64,000 nt of DNA from Alphaproteobacteria bacterium (GTDB lineage: Bacteria > Pseudomonadota > Alphaproteobacteria > CAAHEQ01 > UBA3637). The translations under genes were made by a program, and so were the position numbers. The stretch covers positions 72,229-136,228 of the forward strand of contig SUUT01000002.1 in the NCBI GenBank assembly GCA_015062385.1. Reading direction: 5' to 3'. Numbering within the stretch: the stretch's first letter is position 1; each line of letters starts with the position of its first letter. The notes beneath the pieces are model-generated. The model was not told where the DNA came from. It did not search any database and was given only the letters and a program-made list of their open reading frames with translations. Below are positions 38,542 through 49,876 of this stretch, one piece after another.

Positions 38542-39573
38542 TCAACTTTTAGGCAATAACAAATAATAAGAACCTTTACTTTTCATCCGGCCGGCTTTAT
38601 TAAAGGCTTTTTCTCCATGTCCCCAAAAATAATCTGCACGAATCCCCCCTTGAATAGCTTTTCCGATATCTTGAGCGACAACTAATTTTTGGATATAAAT
38701 TCCGTCAGGGTCTTTTGTGTTTAAATAAACAGGTGTATGCATGGGAATATAGGTTCTGTCAACAGCAATGGATCGTTCAGGTGTTAAAACAACACCTGCG
38801 GATCCGTAAGGGGATTCTCCCTGTATTTCTTTAAAGAAAATATAACGAGGATTTTCAGCCATGATTTTTCGACCTTTTGAGGGGTTTTCTTTCAACCATT
38901 GACGCATGTTTTGCATAGAGTGTAAATTGCGAACGCCGTATGAAGCAAAAATACTGCCTAATCCTTTAAATTTTCGGTTGTTATTTCCTGCATATCCCAG
39001 TTTAATTTCACCATCAGGTGTAATCATCCGACCAGACCCTTGAATTTGTAAAATAAATAAATCGACGGGAGAATCCGCCCATGCAATAATAGGCGCATTG
39101 ATACCGTCTTCTTCGATATCTGCTCGGGTTGGATAAGTTTTGCCGTTTTGATAGCCATACGGAACACCGTAAACAGGAACCTGCGATTGTGAAACCCGAT
39201 GACGGGTTCCTGTTAATTCCGCTTCATAATAACCGGTCATAATTCCTGTTGTTTCACCATAAGACATAACTAAATATGGGGTTAGCTGATTTTCAATATA
39301 GCGTTTAATTTGATACGAATCACTTGTGCGATATCGCTGTAATCCGACACAAAAATTAACCCATTGTTGATTGGGATTTTGACAAGATCGTAATAATGCA
39401 GGCAACGCTTCTTCAAAGTTTTCATAGCTCCATCCCGGCAATGCCGTAAACGGAACTTCTTTAAGTTTAAAAGCCCTGCCCTGTGATAAATTATGTGTTG
39501 ATGGACAACCACATAAAAACAAAGAAACGGTACAGGTTAATCCAATAGAAAACAGTGAATTTATTTTACTCAT
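38542..39573 (-). CDS. mltA: Membrane-bound lytic murein transglycosylase A
   Basis: TGYYEA, LQIQGSG, SIAVD, AQDIGKAIQG, RADYFWG; lipobox LCGC. Confidence 0.93.
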   Translation of the reverse strand: MSKINSLFSIGLTCTVSLFLCGCPSTHNLSQGRAFKLKEVPFTALPGWSYENFEEALPALLRSCQNPNQQWVNFCVGLQRYRTSDSYQIKRYIENQLTPYLVMSYGETTGIMTGYYEAELTGTRHRVSQSQVPVYGVPYGYQNGKTYPTRADIEEDGINAPIIAWADSPVDLFILQIQGSGRMITPDGEIKLGYAGNNNRKFKGLGSIFASYGVRNLHSMQNMRQWLKENPSKGRKIMAENPRYIFFKEIQGESPYGSAGVVLTPERSIAVDRTYIPMHTPVYLNTKDPDGIYIQKLVVAQDIGKAIQGGIRADYFWGHGEKAFNKAGRMKSKGSYYLLLPKS

Positions 39574-40156
39574 AAAAAGCCTCACTTTGGGTTGCATTTA
39601 AAACCCATTTATTTTTAATTTTTTTAAATGTCCAAAAATCAGTTGTTTTGGCTATGCTCATAGCATCACCTTCAATAACATTTCCTTCTGAATCTTTTAA
39701 AATATTAATTTGTTCCGTTTCAAAACAAACGGTAATTTTATCCTTTTGTTCCGATGTATGTATCACTTCGGCTTTGTTGAAACAAACGAGTGTAAATTCC
39801 ATTTTTTCCCCCCGTTCTTGCCGTTCTTTGATTAATTTTTCAAAGGCTTCAAAAACAGCTGTATCTGTTTGTGAACGTAAAACAGCCAAATCACCACCTG
39901 CAAATGATTCGCAAACAGATTGAAATATCATTTTTGCTTTTAATAAAAAAGTCTGTTGATTCATTTTTTCCATTTCAACCAAATTAAGCGGTTCTTTTAA
40001 CAGTTTCATTTCAACAACCTGCCCTGTTTTTTCAGAAATAAATCTTAATTTCTCAGGAAGTTGAGGTTGTTTGAGAGACTGTTTTCCCAAACTTTTATAT
40101 AAAACAAAAACCAAAAACGCAATAATTCCGCCTAAAATGATATTTTCAATAAACAT
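39566..40156 (-). CDS. Tim44/TimA-like domain protein
   Basis: N-terminal TM; ITVCFETEQI...VIEGD...DFWTF; located between secB and mltA. Confidence 0.85.
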   Translation of the reverse strand: MFIENIILGGIIAFLVFVLYKSLGKQSLKQPQLPEKLRFISEKTGQVVEMKLLKEPLNLVEMEKMNQQTFLLKAKMIFQSVCESFAGGDLAVLRSQTDTAVFEAFEKLIKERQERGEKMEFTLVCFNKAEVIHTSEQKDKITVCFETEQINILKDSEGNVIEGDAMSIAKTTDFWTFKKIKNKWVLNATQSEAFYE

Positions 40157-40262
40157 TCTGTTCTTTTTTCCTTTTTTTCTCTTTACAATTAAGTTAAACG
40201 ACTGTATACATATTCTGTATTTAAGCCGAAAATTAAATTTTTTTCAAGAGGATTTTTACAAA

Positions 40263-40721
40263 ATGACAGAAAATACACAACAAATGGTACCCAATATTCA
40301 GGTAAATGCTCAATATATCAAAGATCTTTCTTTTGAAGCTCCGGCTTTACCGCAAATTTTAACAGAAATTACATCTGCACCGGCAATCAGTGTTAATGTT
40401 GATATTCAGGTCAATAAAACAGATAACGAAAATATGTTTACGGTTGATTTAAACGTAAAAGCTGCCGCACAAACACAAGACACAAAAAAACCGATATTTA
40501 TCTGTGAATTAACATACGGAGCTTTGGTAACACTTGAAGTTCCGAAAGAACACACGGAAGGTGTTTTGTTGGTAGAAATTCCGCAATTATTGTTCCCTTA
40601 TGCTCGTGCAATTGTTGCCAATACAACACGTGAAGCCGGTTTGCCTCCATTGCAAATCAACCCAATTGATTTTGCATCTTTATATCGGAATAAAGTGGCA
40701 CAAACAGAAACAAAACAATAA
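40263..40721 (+). CDS. secB: Protein-export chaperone SecB
   Basis: QYIKDLSFEAP, LLFPYAR, PIDFASLY; start at ATG 40263. Confidence 0.95.
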   Translation: MTENTQQMVPNIQVNAQYIKDLSFEAPALPQILTEITSAPAISVNVDIQVNKTDNENMFTVDLNVKAAAQTQDTKKPIFICELTYGALVTLEVPKEHTEGVLLVEIPQLLFPYARAIVANTTREAGLPPLQINPIDFASLYRNKVAQTETKQ

Positions 40722-40819
40722 AGAAATAAAATTTATACGTTAAAAGACAAAAAAGGTTTGCTTTTTTGTCTTTTTTTATAGTAAGCTACCTTATCATTAT
40801 ATAAATATGAGGTGTTATT

Positions 40820-41230
40820 TTGAAGTATATAGCGGAAACAGAAAAGGATACCGTTGAAATTGCAACACAATTTGCTAAAACATTAAAAGCAGGTGATGTT
40901 GTTGCGTTATACGGAACACTTGGAGCCGGCAAAACGGCTTTTTGTCGGGGATTTATTCAATCCTTAACAGGAATGGATATTGAAGTTCCCAGTCCGACAT
41001 TTACATTGTTACAAACGTACGATACAGATATATATCCGGTTTATCATTTTGATATGTATCGATTAAAGCAACCGGAAGAAGCCTATGAGTTAGGGATTGA
41101 AGATGCATTTATCGAAGGTGTATCCTTAATAGAATGGCCTGAAAAATTAGGCTATTTACTACCTAAAAAACACATTCGTGTGACTATAACGATTTTACCG
41201 AATGAAAAACGGGAAATTATTATTGATTGA
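40820..41230 (+). CDS. tsaE: tRNA threonylcarbamoyladenosine biosynthesis ATPase
   Basis: GTLGAGKT, SPTFTL, HFDMYRL, IEWPE. Confidence 0.96.
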   Translation: MKYIAETEKDTVEIATQFAKTLKAGDVVALYGTLGAGKTAFCRGFIQSLTGMDIEVPSPTFTLLQTYDTDIYPVYHFDMYRLKQPEEAYELGIEDAFIEGVSLIEWPEKLGYLLPKKHIRVTITILPNEKREIIID

Positions 41231-41239
41231 GAGGGTGTT

Positions 41240-42250
41240 ATGCAAAGAGATGATTTATTGACACAATTTTTAACACAAGCCGGATGGGAAATGGCACATC
41301 GTTCTTTATTGGCACACGATGCTTCGTTCCGGTGGTATGACAGGTTAACAAAGGATAATGGAGAAAGTATGGTTTTAATGAATGCTCCTATCCCTCAGGA
41401 AAATCCGGCACAATTTGCCTTCGTAGATGAAATTTTGGAAGAAACCGGTGTTAAAGTGCCTCATATTTTTGCCAAAGATTTAACAAACGGTTTTTTATTA
41501 TTGGAAGATTTTGGTGACAATACATTTACCCGCTTAATCAATGCAGGAACCGATGAAGAACTCTTATATAGACAAGCGGTTGATTCACTTATTCAAATTC
41601 AAAAAAACGTTCATACTAACAAAGGATTAAAAGAATATGATTTTGACTTAATGTTTTTTGAAGCCTCTTTGTTGCCGTTGTGGTATGCAAAATATGTTTT
41701 AAATAAAGAAATCGATTCGGATGGAATGACTGAGTTTGAGGCAATCTGGAAAGAATTGTATATGTTGATCCGTCAAGTGCCAAACACATTGGTGCTGTTA
41801 GATTATCATGTAGATAATTTAATGATTACAAAAGATAACAAGTGCGGATTATTGGATTTTCAGGATGCTCGTTTTGGTCCTGTTACGTATGATTTAGCTT
41901 CTTTATTGGAAGATGCCCGTCGGTTGGTATCAGATGATATTCAACAAAAAATGTTGGCACATTATTTTGAACAAATGCCCGAACACAATACAAAAGCGTT
42001 TAAAGAATCTTATCCGATTATGGCGGTACAGCGTCATACAAAAGTTATTGGTATTTTTGTTCGATTATGCGTCAGAGACGGTAAAAAACGTTATTTAAAA
42101 CATATCCCGTTTGTTTGGTCTTTATTGGAAAAACATTTGGATAATCCACTGTTAGCTCGTTATAAAAAATGGCTGGATACATATATTCCAAAAGAAAAAC
42201 GGTCGATTGTTCCGTTTGCAGATGGAGAAATTCCGTCATGTCAAAAATAA
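41240..42250 (+). CDS. amgK: N-acetylmuramate/N-acetylglucosamine kinase (AmgK-like phosphotransferase)
   Basis: DASFR, LLEDFGD, DYHVDNLM, LDFQDA, YDLASLL; sits in the tsaE-amgK-murU-addBA cluster. Confidence 0.85.
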   Translation: MQRDDLLTQFLTQAGWEMAHRSLLAHDASFRWYDRLTKDNGESMVLMNAPIPQENPAQFAFVDEILEETGVKVPHIFAKDLTNGFLLLEDFGDNTFTRLINAGTDEELLYRQAVDSLIQIQKNVHTNKGLKEYDFDLMFFEASLLPLWYAKYVLNKEIDSDGMTEFEAIWKELYMLIRQVPNTLVLLDYHVDNLMITKDNKCGLLDFQDARFGPVTYDLASLLEDARRLVSDDIQQKMLAHYFEQMPEHNTKAFKESYPIMAVQRHTKVIGIFVRLCVRDGKKRYLKHIPFVWSLLEKHLDNPLLARYKKWLDTYIPKEKRSIVPFADGEIPSCQK

Positions 42251-42960
42251 AAACAGCAATGATTTTAGCAGCTGGAAGGGGTGTTCGTATGCGGGAATTA
42301 ACCGATACAAAACCCAAACCGTTGATTGAAGTTTGTCAGAAGCCGATTATTCATTACATTGTTGAAAAAATGCAGGTTCACCCCATTAACAAAATCGTTG
42401 TCAATACTTGCTACAAAGGAGATATGATTAAAACGGCACTTGCCGATTATGACAATATTGTATTTTCGGATGAAGAAACGGCATTGGAAACCGGAGGCGG
42501 TGTTAAAAAAGCCCTTCCCTTATTACAAGATGAAGTTTTTTTTGTCAGCAATGCCGATCCTGTTTGGTTAGATAACTCTACAAGTGTTTTTCAACAGTTA
42601 GAAGATAGTTGGAATCCGGATGAAACAGATATTCTATTGGCATTAATACCGACACAAAATGCCAAAGGTGATGTAAAAGACGGCAATTACTTTATTGAAA
42701 ATAATAAACCCCGTCGTCAAAGAGTTGGCGAGAAAAATATTCCGTATTTGTTTATGGGGATACAAATTATACATTCACGTATATTTAAAAATGTGACAAA
42801 TACGGTATTTAGTTTACGGGATTTATATGATGAAGCTGAACGTAATAACAGATTGGGATACATTATTTTTGACGGAAAATGGTACCATGTCGGCACGCCC
42901 GAAGCTCTTCAAGAAACAGAAACAGATTTAATACGGGATTTTGAATGCTTGCCACATTAA
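42238..42960 (+). CDS. murU: Nucleotidyltransferase (MurU-like)
   Basis: AMILAAGRGVRMRELT..PKPL, LETGGG, W.HVGTP. Confidence 0.85.
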   Translation: MSKIKTAMILAAGRGVRMRELTDTKPKPLIEVCQKPIIHYIVEKMQVHPINKIVVNTCYKGDMIKTALADYDNIVFSDEETALETGGGVKKALPLLQDEVFFVSNADPVWLDNSTSVFQQLEDSWNPDETDILLALIPTQNAKGDVKDGNYFIENNKPRRQRVGEKNIPYLFMGIQIIHSRIFKNVTNTVFSLRDLYDEAERNNRLGYIIFDGKWYHVGTPEALQETETDLIRDFECLPH

Positions 42961-45749
42961 ACTTATCTGCTCATTTTGCCGATAAAATCGCTGAAATTGT
43001 ACTAAACAATCGTCAAAATCCCTTAGATATGGCTCAAACGTTAATTATATTGCCGACAAAACGAGCATGTCGCAGTGTGAAAGAGGCTTTTGTTCGCCGA
43101 TGTGAAAACAAACCGATTTTAATGCCTCAAATCAAAGCACTGTTTGACGCAGATGATTTAATTGTCGATATTCCACCTGCAATATCAGAATTGGAACGAT
43201 TGTTTTTATTGACTCGTTTATGTCAGGCGAAACCGAACGTAGATTCTTTGGATAAAGCCTTAAAAATTGCGATGAGTTTGTGTAAACTGTTGGATGAGTT
43301 TTACACATATGAAGTCTCTTTTGATAACTTAATCGATTTGGTTGAAGAGCAAAATTTAGCTATTCATTGGCAAGAAAGTATTTTATTTTTAGATATTTTA
43401 AAATCAGTATGGCCATCTGTTTTAGCCGAAAAAGGCAAAATTGATGCCGTTGACAGAAATATTCGTTTAATCAACCATTTGACCTCAAAAATCAATACGC
43501 CGATTTTTAAACAATATGTTATTTTGGCAGGTTTTGACGGCGAAACACCAGCCATTAAAAGATTGATAAAAACATTAAGTTTGAAAAATAATGCATTGAT
43601 TTTATTTGATGGATTAAATAAAAAAATTGAAAAAGATGAAGAAAAAAATTTAACAACGCAACACTATCAACAAACACTTTATCATTTATTGCATTATTTA
43701 AAGAAAACTCCAAATGAAATACCGGATTTATCTGTTTTTCAAACACCTCAGGAAACATTAATACACGAAGCGTTAAAACCGGCAGAACAAACAGATGAAT
43801 GGCGTTATTCCCAAATAACGGCAGATGTATTGCAAAACGTTTATCGAATTGATTGTGAAAATCTGAATGAAGAGGCATTAATAATTGCCTCTATTATGCG
43901 AACCGTATTGGAAATACCTGAAAAAACAGCCGCTCTTGTGACAAATGACCGAAATTTGTCTCGTCGGGTTATTGCAGAAATGAAACGCTGGGGAATTGAA
44001 TTGGATGATTCGGCAGGAACCCCGTTAAATCATACACCAATCGGCGTGTATATGTCTCTTATTGCTGATTATGGTACACAAAACGGAAGTGGTTGTTCAG
44101 CTCTAGCCTTACTAAAACATCCGCTATGTGCCGATTTTTTGTATCCAACAGATTTACGATTAGAAGTAAAAAAAATCGAAAAAGAAGCCCGACAAAAAAA
44201 TGAAAAATTTATCTATCCGTTTCAAACGGATATGAAACCGTTTTTATCCTTTTTCGAACAGAAACAACCTGTTCCGTTTGTTGATATACTAAATGAACAC
44301 TTAAAAATTGCCGAATTATTGGCGACCAGTTCCGATAGAACAGGCATTGAACGTCTTTGGGAAACAGATACAGGTGAAACGGCTTATCAGTTTTTTATGC
44401 AATTGAAAGAGGAAGCTAAAAATATTGGTAATATTTTACCCAAATTATATGCTGAAACATTAACACTATTAATGACAAATATTTCCGTGCGTCCGAAATA
44501 TGGTATGCATCCCCGTTTGGATGTATTAGGACCGATTGAAGCCCGTTTGTCACATCCGGATGTATGTATTATTGGCGGATTAAACGAAGGATCTTTTCCG
44601 CAACTGCCGGAATCGGGACCATGGCTTAGTAGGCAGATGCGAAAAAAAATCGGTTTGCCCTCCCCTGAAAAATTAATTGCTGTTCAAAGTATGGATTTTG
44701 CTCATTGTTTTTGTGCAAAAGAAGTATATTTAACACGTTCATTAAAAGCAGATGGTTCACAAACGATTCCATCTCGCTTTTTATCTCGTTTGGAAGCTGT
44801 TTTACAAGGTGCAGGTATTGATTGGCCTCTTTATAACCCAAGTTGGGTGGCACAATTAACCATACCGGAAGCATTTGAAAAAATTGAACGACCTGCTCCC
44901 GTTCCACCCAAAGAATTACGCCCTACTCAATTATCTGTAACCGGAATTGAAACATTGATGCGTAATCCATATGGATTATATGCCCGTCATATTTTAAAAT
45001 TATATCCATTGGAAGATTTAGAGAATTTCAGTGAAACCAAAACATATGGTACAGCTATTCATACCGCTGTCGAAAAAAGTGTTTCCGAACAAAATTTTAA
45101 TCAGACATATCTTGTAAACACAATGCAAACAACTTTGTGTAACTTAAATGCTTCGGCATCAATGGTTGCGTTGTTACGTCCCAAAATGGAAAATGTTGCC
45201 CGTTTTATTATTGAACGCCAAAAAGAAAAAGCCCCATTGTTAGATACAACTTTTGTTGAAACAAGTGGATCATTTGATTTTAAATTGGATGACGGAACGC
45301 TCTTTACTTTAACAGCAAAAGCTGATAGGATTGATGTTATAAATGACGGAAGTGTTGAAATTATTGATTATAAAACCGGAACCCTTCCTTCACAAACAGA
45401 TATCAAAAAAGGATATAGTCCGCAGTTGCCTTTGGAAGGATTAATTGTCCAACAAGGAGGATTTAAAGAAATTGGTCAAAAAAAGGATATTAAATTAACG
45501 TTCTGGAAGTTAGATGGCAAAAAAAATGGAGGAACAATTCAACAAATCGGCAACGGACGAGATAAAATACCGGTATCAGAAATTATCCAAAACTCTTTTG
45601 AGGGAATAAAAAATCTGTTAAATGCGTATAATAATGATACAATGCCATATGAAGCATATCCTAAACCCAAATTGGTAAAATATGATGATTATGCCCATTT
45701 GGCTCGGGTCAAGGAATGGTTAAGTGAAGATGACGAAAGTGAAGAATAA
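42945..45749 (+). CDS. addB: Double-strand break repair protein AddB
   Basis: LPTKRA, ALVTNDRNLSRRV, DDSAG, GPIEARL, PSRFL, ADRID...IIDYKTG. Confidence 0.93.
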   Translation: MLATLNLSAHFADKIAEIVLNNRQNPLDMAQTLIILPTKRACRSVKEAFVRRCENKPILMPQIKALFDADDLIVDIPPAISELERLFLLTRLCQAKPNVDSLDKALKIAMSLCKLLDEFYTYEVSFDNLIDLVEEQNLAIHWQESILFLDILKSVWPSVLAEKGKIDAVDRNIRLINHLTSKINTPIFKQYVILAGFDGETPAIKRLIKTLSLKNNALILFDGLNKKIEKDEEKNLTTQHYQQTLYHLLHYLKKTPNEIPDLSVFQTPQETLIHEALKPAEQTDEWRYSQITADVLQNVYRIDCENLNEEALIIASIMRTVLEIPEKTAALVTNDRNLSRRVIAEMKRWGIELDDSAGTPLNHTPIGVYMSLIADYGTQNGSGCSALALLKHPLCADFLYPTDLRLEVKKIEKEARQKNEKFIYPFQTDMKPFLSFFEQKQPVPFVDILNEHLKIAELLATSSDRTGIERLWETDTGETAYQFFMQLKEEAKNIGNILPKLYAETLTLLMTNISVRPKYGMHPRLDVLGPIEARLSHPDVCIIGGLNEGSFPQLPESGPWLSRQMRKKIGLPSPEKLIAVQSMDFAHCFCAKEVYLTRSLKADGSQTIPSRFLSRLEAVLQGAGIDWPLYNPSWVAQLTIPEAFEKIERPAPVPPKELRPTQLSVTGIETLMRNPYGLYARHILKLYPLEDLENFSETKTYGTAIHTAVEKSVSEQNFNQTYLVNTMQTTLCNLNASASMVALLRPKMENVARFIIERQKEKAPLLDTTFVETSGSFDFKLDDGTLFTLTAKADRIDVINDGSVEIIDYKTGTLPSQTDIKKGYSPQLPLEGLIVQQGGFKEIGQKKDIKLTFWKLDGKKNGGTIQQIGNGRDKIPVSEIIQNSFEGIKNLLNAYNNDTMPYEAYPKPKLVKYDDYAHLARVKEWLSEDDESEE

Positions 45750-45782
45750 TGATAATATCCAATCAAAGTAAAAGAGGTTAAA

Positions 45783-48700
45783 ATGGAAATTGACTCTCGG
45801 ATTATCGAGGCACAACGTCAGGCAGCTCATCCGCTTAATTCGGTATGGGTATCTGCTTCGGCCGGCTCCGGAAAAACAAAAGTTTTAACGGACAGGGTTT
45901 TAAATTTATTATTATCTGATACCCGACCGGAAAAAATACTTTGCTTGACCTTTACAAAAGCGGCAGCAGCCGAAATGTCAAACCGAATTACGGATAAATT
46001 AAAAAAATGGACGATTGCTCCGTTTGATGATTTATGCAAAGAATTAACGGAATTACTGGGAGTCCCCCCTTCAAACGAAACCATTTTAAAAGCACGCAAA
46101 CTGTTTGTAGAAGTATTAGAAGCTCCGGGTGGTATGAAAATTATGACTATCCATTCTTTTTGTCAATCGGTTTTAGGTCGTTTTCCCATTGAAGCAAAAA
46201 TCCCACCACAATTTGATGTTATTGATGAAGCAAAATCTTCTCTTTTAATGAAACAAGTGGTTGATGAAACATTTTTGAATCCTGCTTTTGAATGTGAAAT
46301 AGATGCATTAAACGGTTATTTTCAAGAACGAGACATTCAGATAATTTTTAATAATATTTTAAAGAACGAAGCTCGTTTTGCTGATTTATTTCAACAAATT
46401 GGTTCATATGAAACAATAAAAAAACAATTAAAGAAAAAGTATAATTTATCAAAATATCAATCTGAAAATGATATACTTATTGACTTTTTGAATCCGTTAA
46501 AATTTTTAAATTATACCCAAGAAGATGTTCGGGAAGCACAACAAATTTTTGAAGAACGAAAAGCAAATCATTTAACCAAAAATCTGAGTAAAGTTAAAAC
46601 AAAAAAATTAATCGGAACTGTTGAAGAAGCCGAAGAAACATTTTTAATTTTGGAACAACTCAATATGTTTCGGATTATTGAATTAACCGGCAGTATTTTG
46701 CATCTAATTGAGCAAATTGTTCACCGCTACCGTTTATTAAAACAAGAAGAATCCTTAATGGATTACGGAGACTTAATTTACCATACAAAAAAATTACTTA
46801 CCCAAAGTGGTATGTCGCAATGGGTTATGTTTAAAATGGATGAAGGTATTGACCATATTTTAGTTGATGAAGCACAAGATACCAATCCGGAACAATGGGA
46901 AATCATTCGCTTGATTTCAGAAGAATTTTTTGCCGGTTTTGGACGAGAAACATCTGTTGTCAGAACAATTTTTGCCGTTGGAGATAAAAAGCAATCCATA
47001 TATAGTTTTCAGGGGGCTGATCCTTCGGAATTTGAACGGATGCATTTCTATTTTAAAAAGAAAGTTTTGGATTCAAAACACCAATTTCAAACCGTCCCGC
47101 TCAATGCTTCTTTTCGTTCAACGCAAACGGTTTTGGATTTGGTTAATGATGTATTACATTTTCCGGTTGCGGCAAAAGGAGTTTTAAATGTTGGAGAAAA
47201 TGCCGACCATACAGCTGTACGTAAAAAAGAAGCTGGATTAATTGAAATTTGGCCACTGGTAGAAGTTGAAAAAGAGGAAAATGACTTAATTTGGCCATTA
47301 CCCAAACGACAAAAAAATGAAAATCCAATATCTGTTTTATCTGTCAAAATCGCCAAAAAAATTAAAGATTTTTTAGATAACAAAGAAATTTTAAAGTCTG
47401 AAAACAGACCAATTGAACCAAAAGACATTTTAATCTTAGTGAGCAAACGTAGCGGAATCGTAACTGAATTAGTACGAGCATTGAAAGAAAAAAACGTTCC
47501 CGTTGCCGGTATAGACCGATTGGATTTAGGAAGTCATATTGCTGTTCAGGATTTACTTTCAGCGGCCCGTTTTGCGTTATTGCCGGAAGATGATTTAAAT
47601 TTAGCAACACTTTTGAAAAGTCCTTTATGCGGTATTTCCGAAACAGAATTAATGAATTGTTGCATCCATCGGGAAAAACAGTCCTTATGGAGCATCGTTC
47701 AAAAGAAGCTGCCTGATATTGCTGAAAAACTCCAAAAAATTCAAAATTTAGCCGATAAAATGCCGGTATATGAATTTTTCTCTTATATTTTAAGTCCTAT
47801 GCATGGACGTAAAGCATTTATTCGCCGATTAGGATTAGAAGCCAATGAGGCTATTGATGAATTTTTGTCTTTAACGTTACAATATGAGCAATCAGAAACA
47901 CCATCTTTGCAAAATTTTATTATTTGGTTTCAAAATCGAAATAACATTATTAAACGTGATATGGACCAAAGCCAACTAAACGCTGTTAAAATCATGACAA
48001 TACATGGTTCAAAAGGATTACAAGGAAATATTGTATTTATGCCGGATGCCCAACGGATTCCGTCTTTATCGGAAAATTTCTTTTGGACAGAGGAAAATCT
48101 ACCGTTATGGATTGCTCGAAGTGAATTCAAAAACAGCTTTTTAAATCCGTTATATGAACAGTATAGAAATCTAACGGAAGAAGAATATCATCGATTGTTG
48201 TATGTCGCTTTAACCCGTGCACGTGACCGCCTTTATATTTGTGGTTGGGCAAAACCGAAAAAGAAATCTGATGAGAAAAAAAGTGAAACTCAAACAAAGC
48301 CAAACAATGAAACTGCATTGTTGAATTGGTATGATTTAATTCAACAGGCGTTACCCGAAAAAGTAAAAACAGATGCATCTGGATATATACATATTGAATC
48401 GGAACAAGAAAAAATTCCGGATAAAAAACAAAAAGACGGTCCGATTTATTTACAATTACCGTTTCCGACATGCTTAAATCATTCAGCCCCAATGGAAACA
48501 CCGCTTTCCAAACCGTTAATGCCCTCTCGTTTGGTGGAAAATGAACCACAAACAGAATCACTGGGAACGGGTAATCAAGATTCAGCCTTAAAAAGAGGTA
48601 TTTTTATTCATAAATTATTGCAATATTTACCCGAAATTGAACCGAGTAAAAGAAAAGAAATTGCTTTTCGGTTAAAACCGGATGAAATTGATATTTCAGA

Positions 48701-49067
48701 GAAATTATTTGATGTTTTTGAAGATCCAACATTCAACGTGTTATTTGGACAAAATTCGGTTGCAGAAGCCCCCATTACCGGTATTGTTAGCGGTAAAGTA
48801 TTTTCCGGACAGATAGATAGATTGATTGTTTTGGATAATGAAGTTTGGATTGTGGATTATAAATCTAACAGATATGTACCTAAATCCCCCAATGAAGTGC
48901 ATAAAACGTATAAAGCACAATTATATGCATATAATAACTTGATTAAAGATATTTTTCCTGATAAGATAATCAGAACATTTTTATTATGGTGCGAAAATTT
49001 AACTTTAATGGAAATGACAGAGACATTGACAACGTTTACACCAGAATTTGTAAAGGATAAAAAATGA
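45783..49067 (+). CDS. addA: Double-strand break repair helicase/nuclease AddA
   Basis: SASAGSGKT, LVDEAQDT, GDKKQSIYSFQGA, MTIHGSKGL, YVALTRA, IDRL..IVDYKS. Confidence 0.96.
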   Translation: MEIDSRIIEAQRQAAHPLNSVWVSASAGSGKTKVLTDRVLNLLLSDTRPEKILCLTFTKAAAAEMSNRITDKLKKWTIAPFDDLCKELTELLGVPPSNETILKARKLFVEVLEAPGGMKIMTIHSFCQSVLGRFPIEAKIPPQFDVIDEAKSSLLMKQVVDETFLNPAFECEIDALNGYFQERDIQIIFNNILKNEARFADLFQQIGSYETIKKQLKKKYNLSKYQSENDILIDFLNPLKFLNYTQEDVREAQQIFEERKANHLTKNLSKVKTKKLIGTVEEAEETFLILEQLNMFRIIELTGSILHLIEQIVHRYRLLKQEESLMDYGDLIYHTKKLLTQSGMSQWVMFKMDEGIDHILVDEAQDTNPEQWEIIRLISEEFFAGFGRETSVVRTIFAVGDKKQSIYSFQGADPSEFERMHFYFKKKVLDSKHQFQTVPLNASFRSTQTVLDLVNDVLHFPVAAKGVLNVGENADHTAVRKKEAGLIEIWPLVEVEKEENDLIWPLPKRQKNENPISVLSVKIAKKIKDFLDNKEILKSENRPIEPKDILILVSKRSGIVTELVRALKEKNVPVAGIDRLDLGSHIAVQDLLSAARFALLPEDDLNLATLLKSPLCGISETELMNCCIHREKQSLWSIVQKKLPDIAEKLQKIQNLADKMPVYEFFSYILSPMHGRKAFIRRLGLEANEAIDEFLSLTLQYEQSETPSLQNFIIWFQNRNNIIKRDMDQSQLNAVKIMTIHGSKGLQGNIVFMPDAQRIPSLSENFFWTEENLPLWIARSEFKNSFLNPLYEQYRNLTEEEYHRLLYVALTRARDRLYICGWAKPKKKSDEKKSETQTKPNNETALLNWYDLIQQALPEKVKTDASGYIHIESEQEKIPDKKQKDGPIYLQLPFPTCLNHSAPMETPLSKPLMPSRLVENEPQTESLGTGNQDSALKRGIFIHKLLQYLPEIEPSKRKEIAFRLKPDEIDISEKLFDVFEDPTFNVLFGQNSVAEAPITGIVSGKVFSGQIDRLIVLDNEVWIVDYKSNRYVPKSPNEVHKTYKAQLYAYNNLIKDIFPDKIIRTFLLWCENLTLMEMTETLTTFTPEFVKDKK

Positions 49068-49798
49068 AAAAATTAACTTTATTACTCACATTGTTATTAA
49101 TAGCAGGTTGTTCAAGTATGCCTTCTACGCCTGATGGATTTGAAATGCGAGAGGCACAAACAGAACATTTTACTATTCCTGTTTGGGAAAAGGCCCCTTT
49201 ACAATCAAACAAAACAATTCGCTTTTACATCAGTGGAAATGGCAATCCAACTCCAAAAGAACCGGTTGCTTTAAATTTGGCAGAAAAAGATAGTTTTAGA
49301 AATATTGTTGTTTTATCTCGTCCATGTCAATATGCTGATAGTAAATTATGCTCTAATTCTGCCATTTATGGGGTTGGACAATACAGTCCCGAAATTATAA
49401 AAGAATTAGAAGAAATTGTTGTGTATTATATTCAAAAATATAAATCGCCCAACATTGAATTTGTGGCTTATGACGGAGGAGCTCCGATTGCATTCAGTTT
49501 GGCAAGTCAAATCGGACGGGTACAAAAAATTGTAACAATTGCCGGTATATTGGATTTAGATGCTTATGTGAATAAAAACAACTTGCCTGCATTTCAAAAT
49601 GCACAAAATCCGATAAAAATGACAAACAGAGTTACGCAAATTCCGCAAATTCATTTTGTCGGAGGTAAAGATGAAATCACAACCCGTGGAATGGCCGAAC
49701 GATTTGTTTCCAAATTAAAAGACCCGCTTTCAGCCGTTGTTAAAGTAGCTCCTAATATGGGACATGACGGGTGGGAAAAAATTAATTTAAAATATTAA
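49064..49798 (+). CDS. Lipoprotein, alpha/beta-hydrolase-like fold
   Basis: Lipobox IAGC; RPCQY; VAYDGGA where GxSxG is expected; IPQIHFVG. Confidence 0.7.
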   Translation: MKKLTLLLTLLLIAGCSSMPSTPDGFEMREAQTEHFTIPVWEKAPLQSNKTIRFYISGNGNPTPKEPVALNLAEKDSFRNIVVLSRPCQYADSKLCSNSAIYGVGQYSPEIIKELEEIVVYYIQKYKSPNIEFVAYDGGAPIAFSLASQIGRVQKIVTIAGILDLDAYVNKNNLPAFQNAQNPIKMTNRVTQIPQIHFVGGKDEITTRGMAERFVSKLKDPLSAVVKVAPNMGHDGWEKINLKY

Positions 49799-49876
49799 CA
49801 TCAACATACTGTTTTTAATTATTGGAAAACTTCTTTTAACAAAACAGAAGTCTGTTTTAAATATGAAAGGATATTA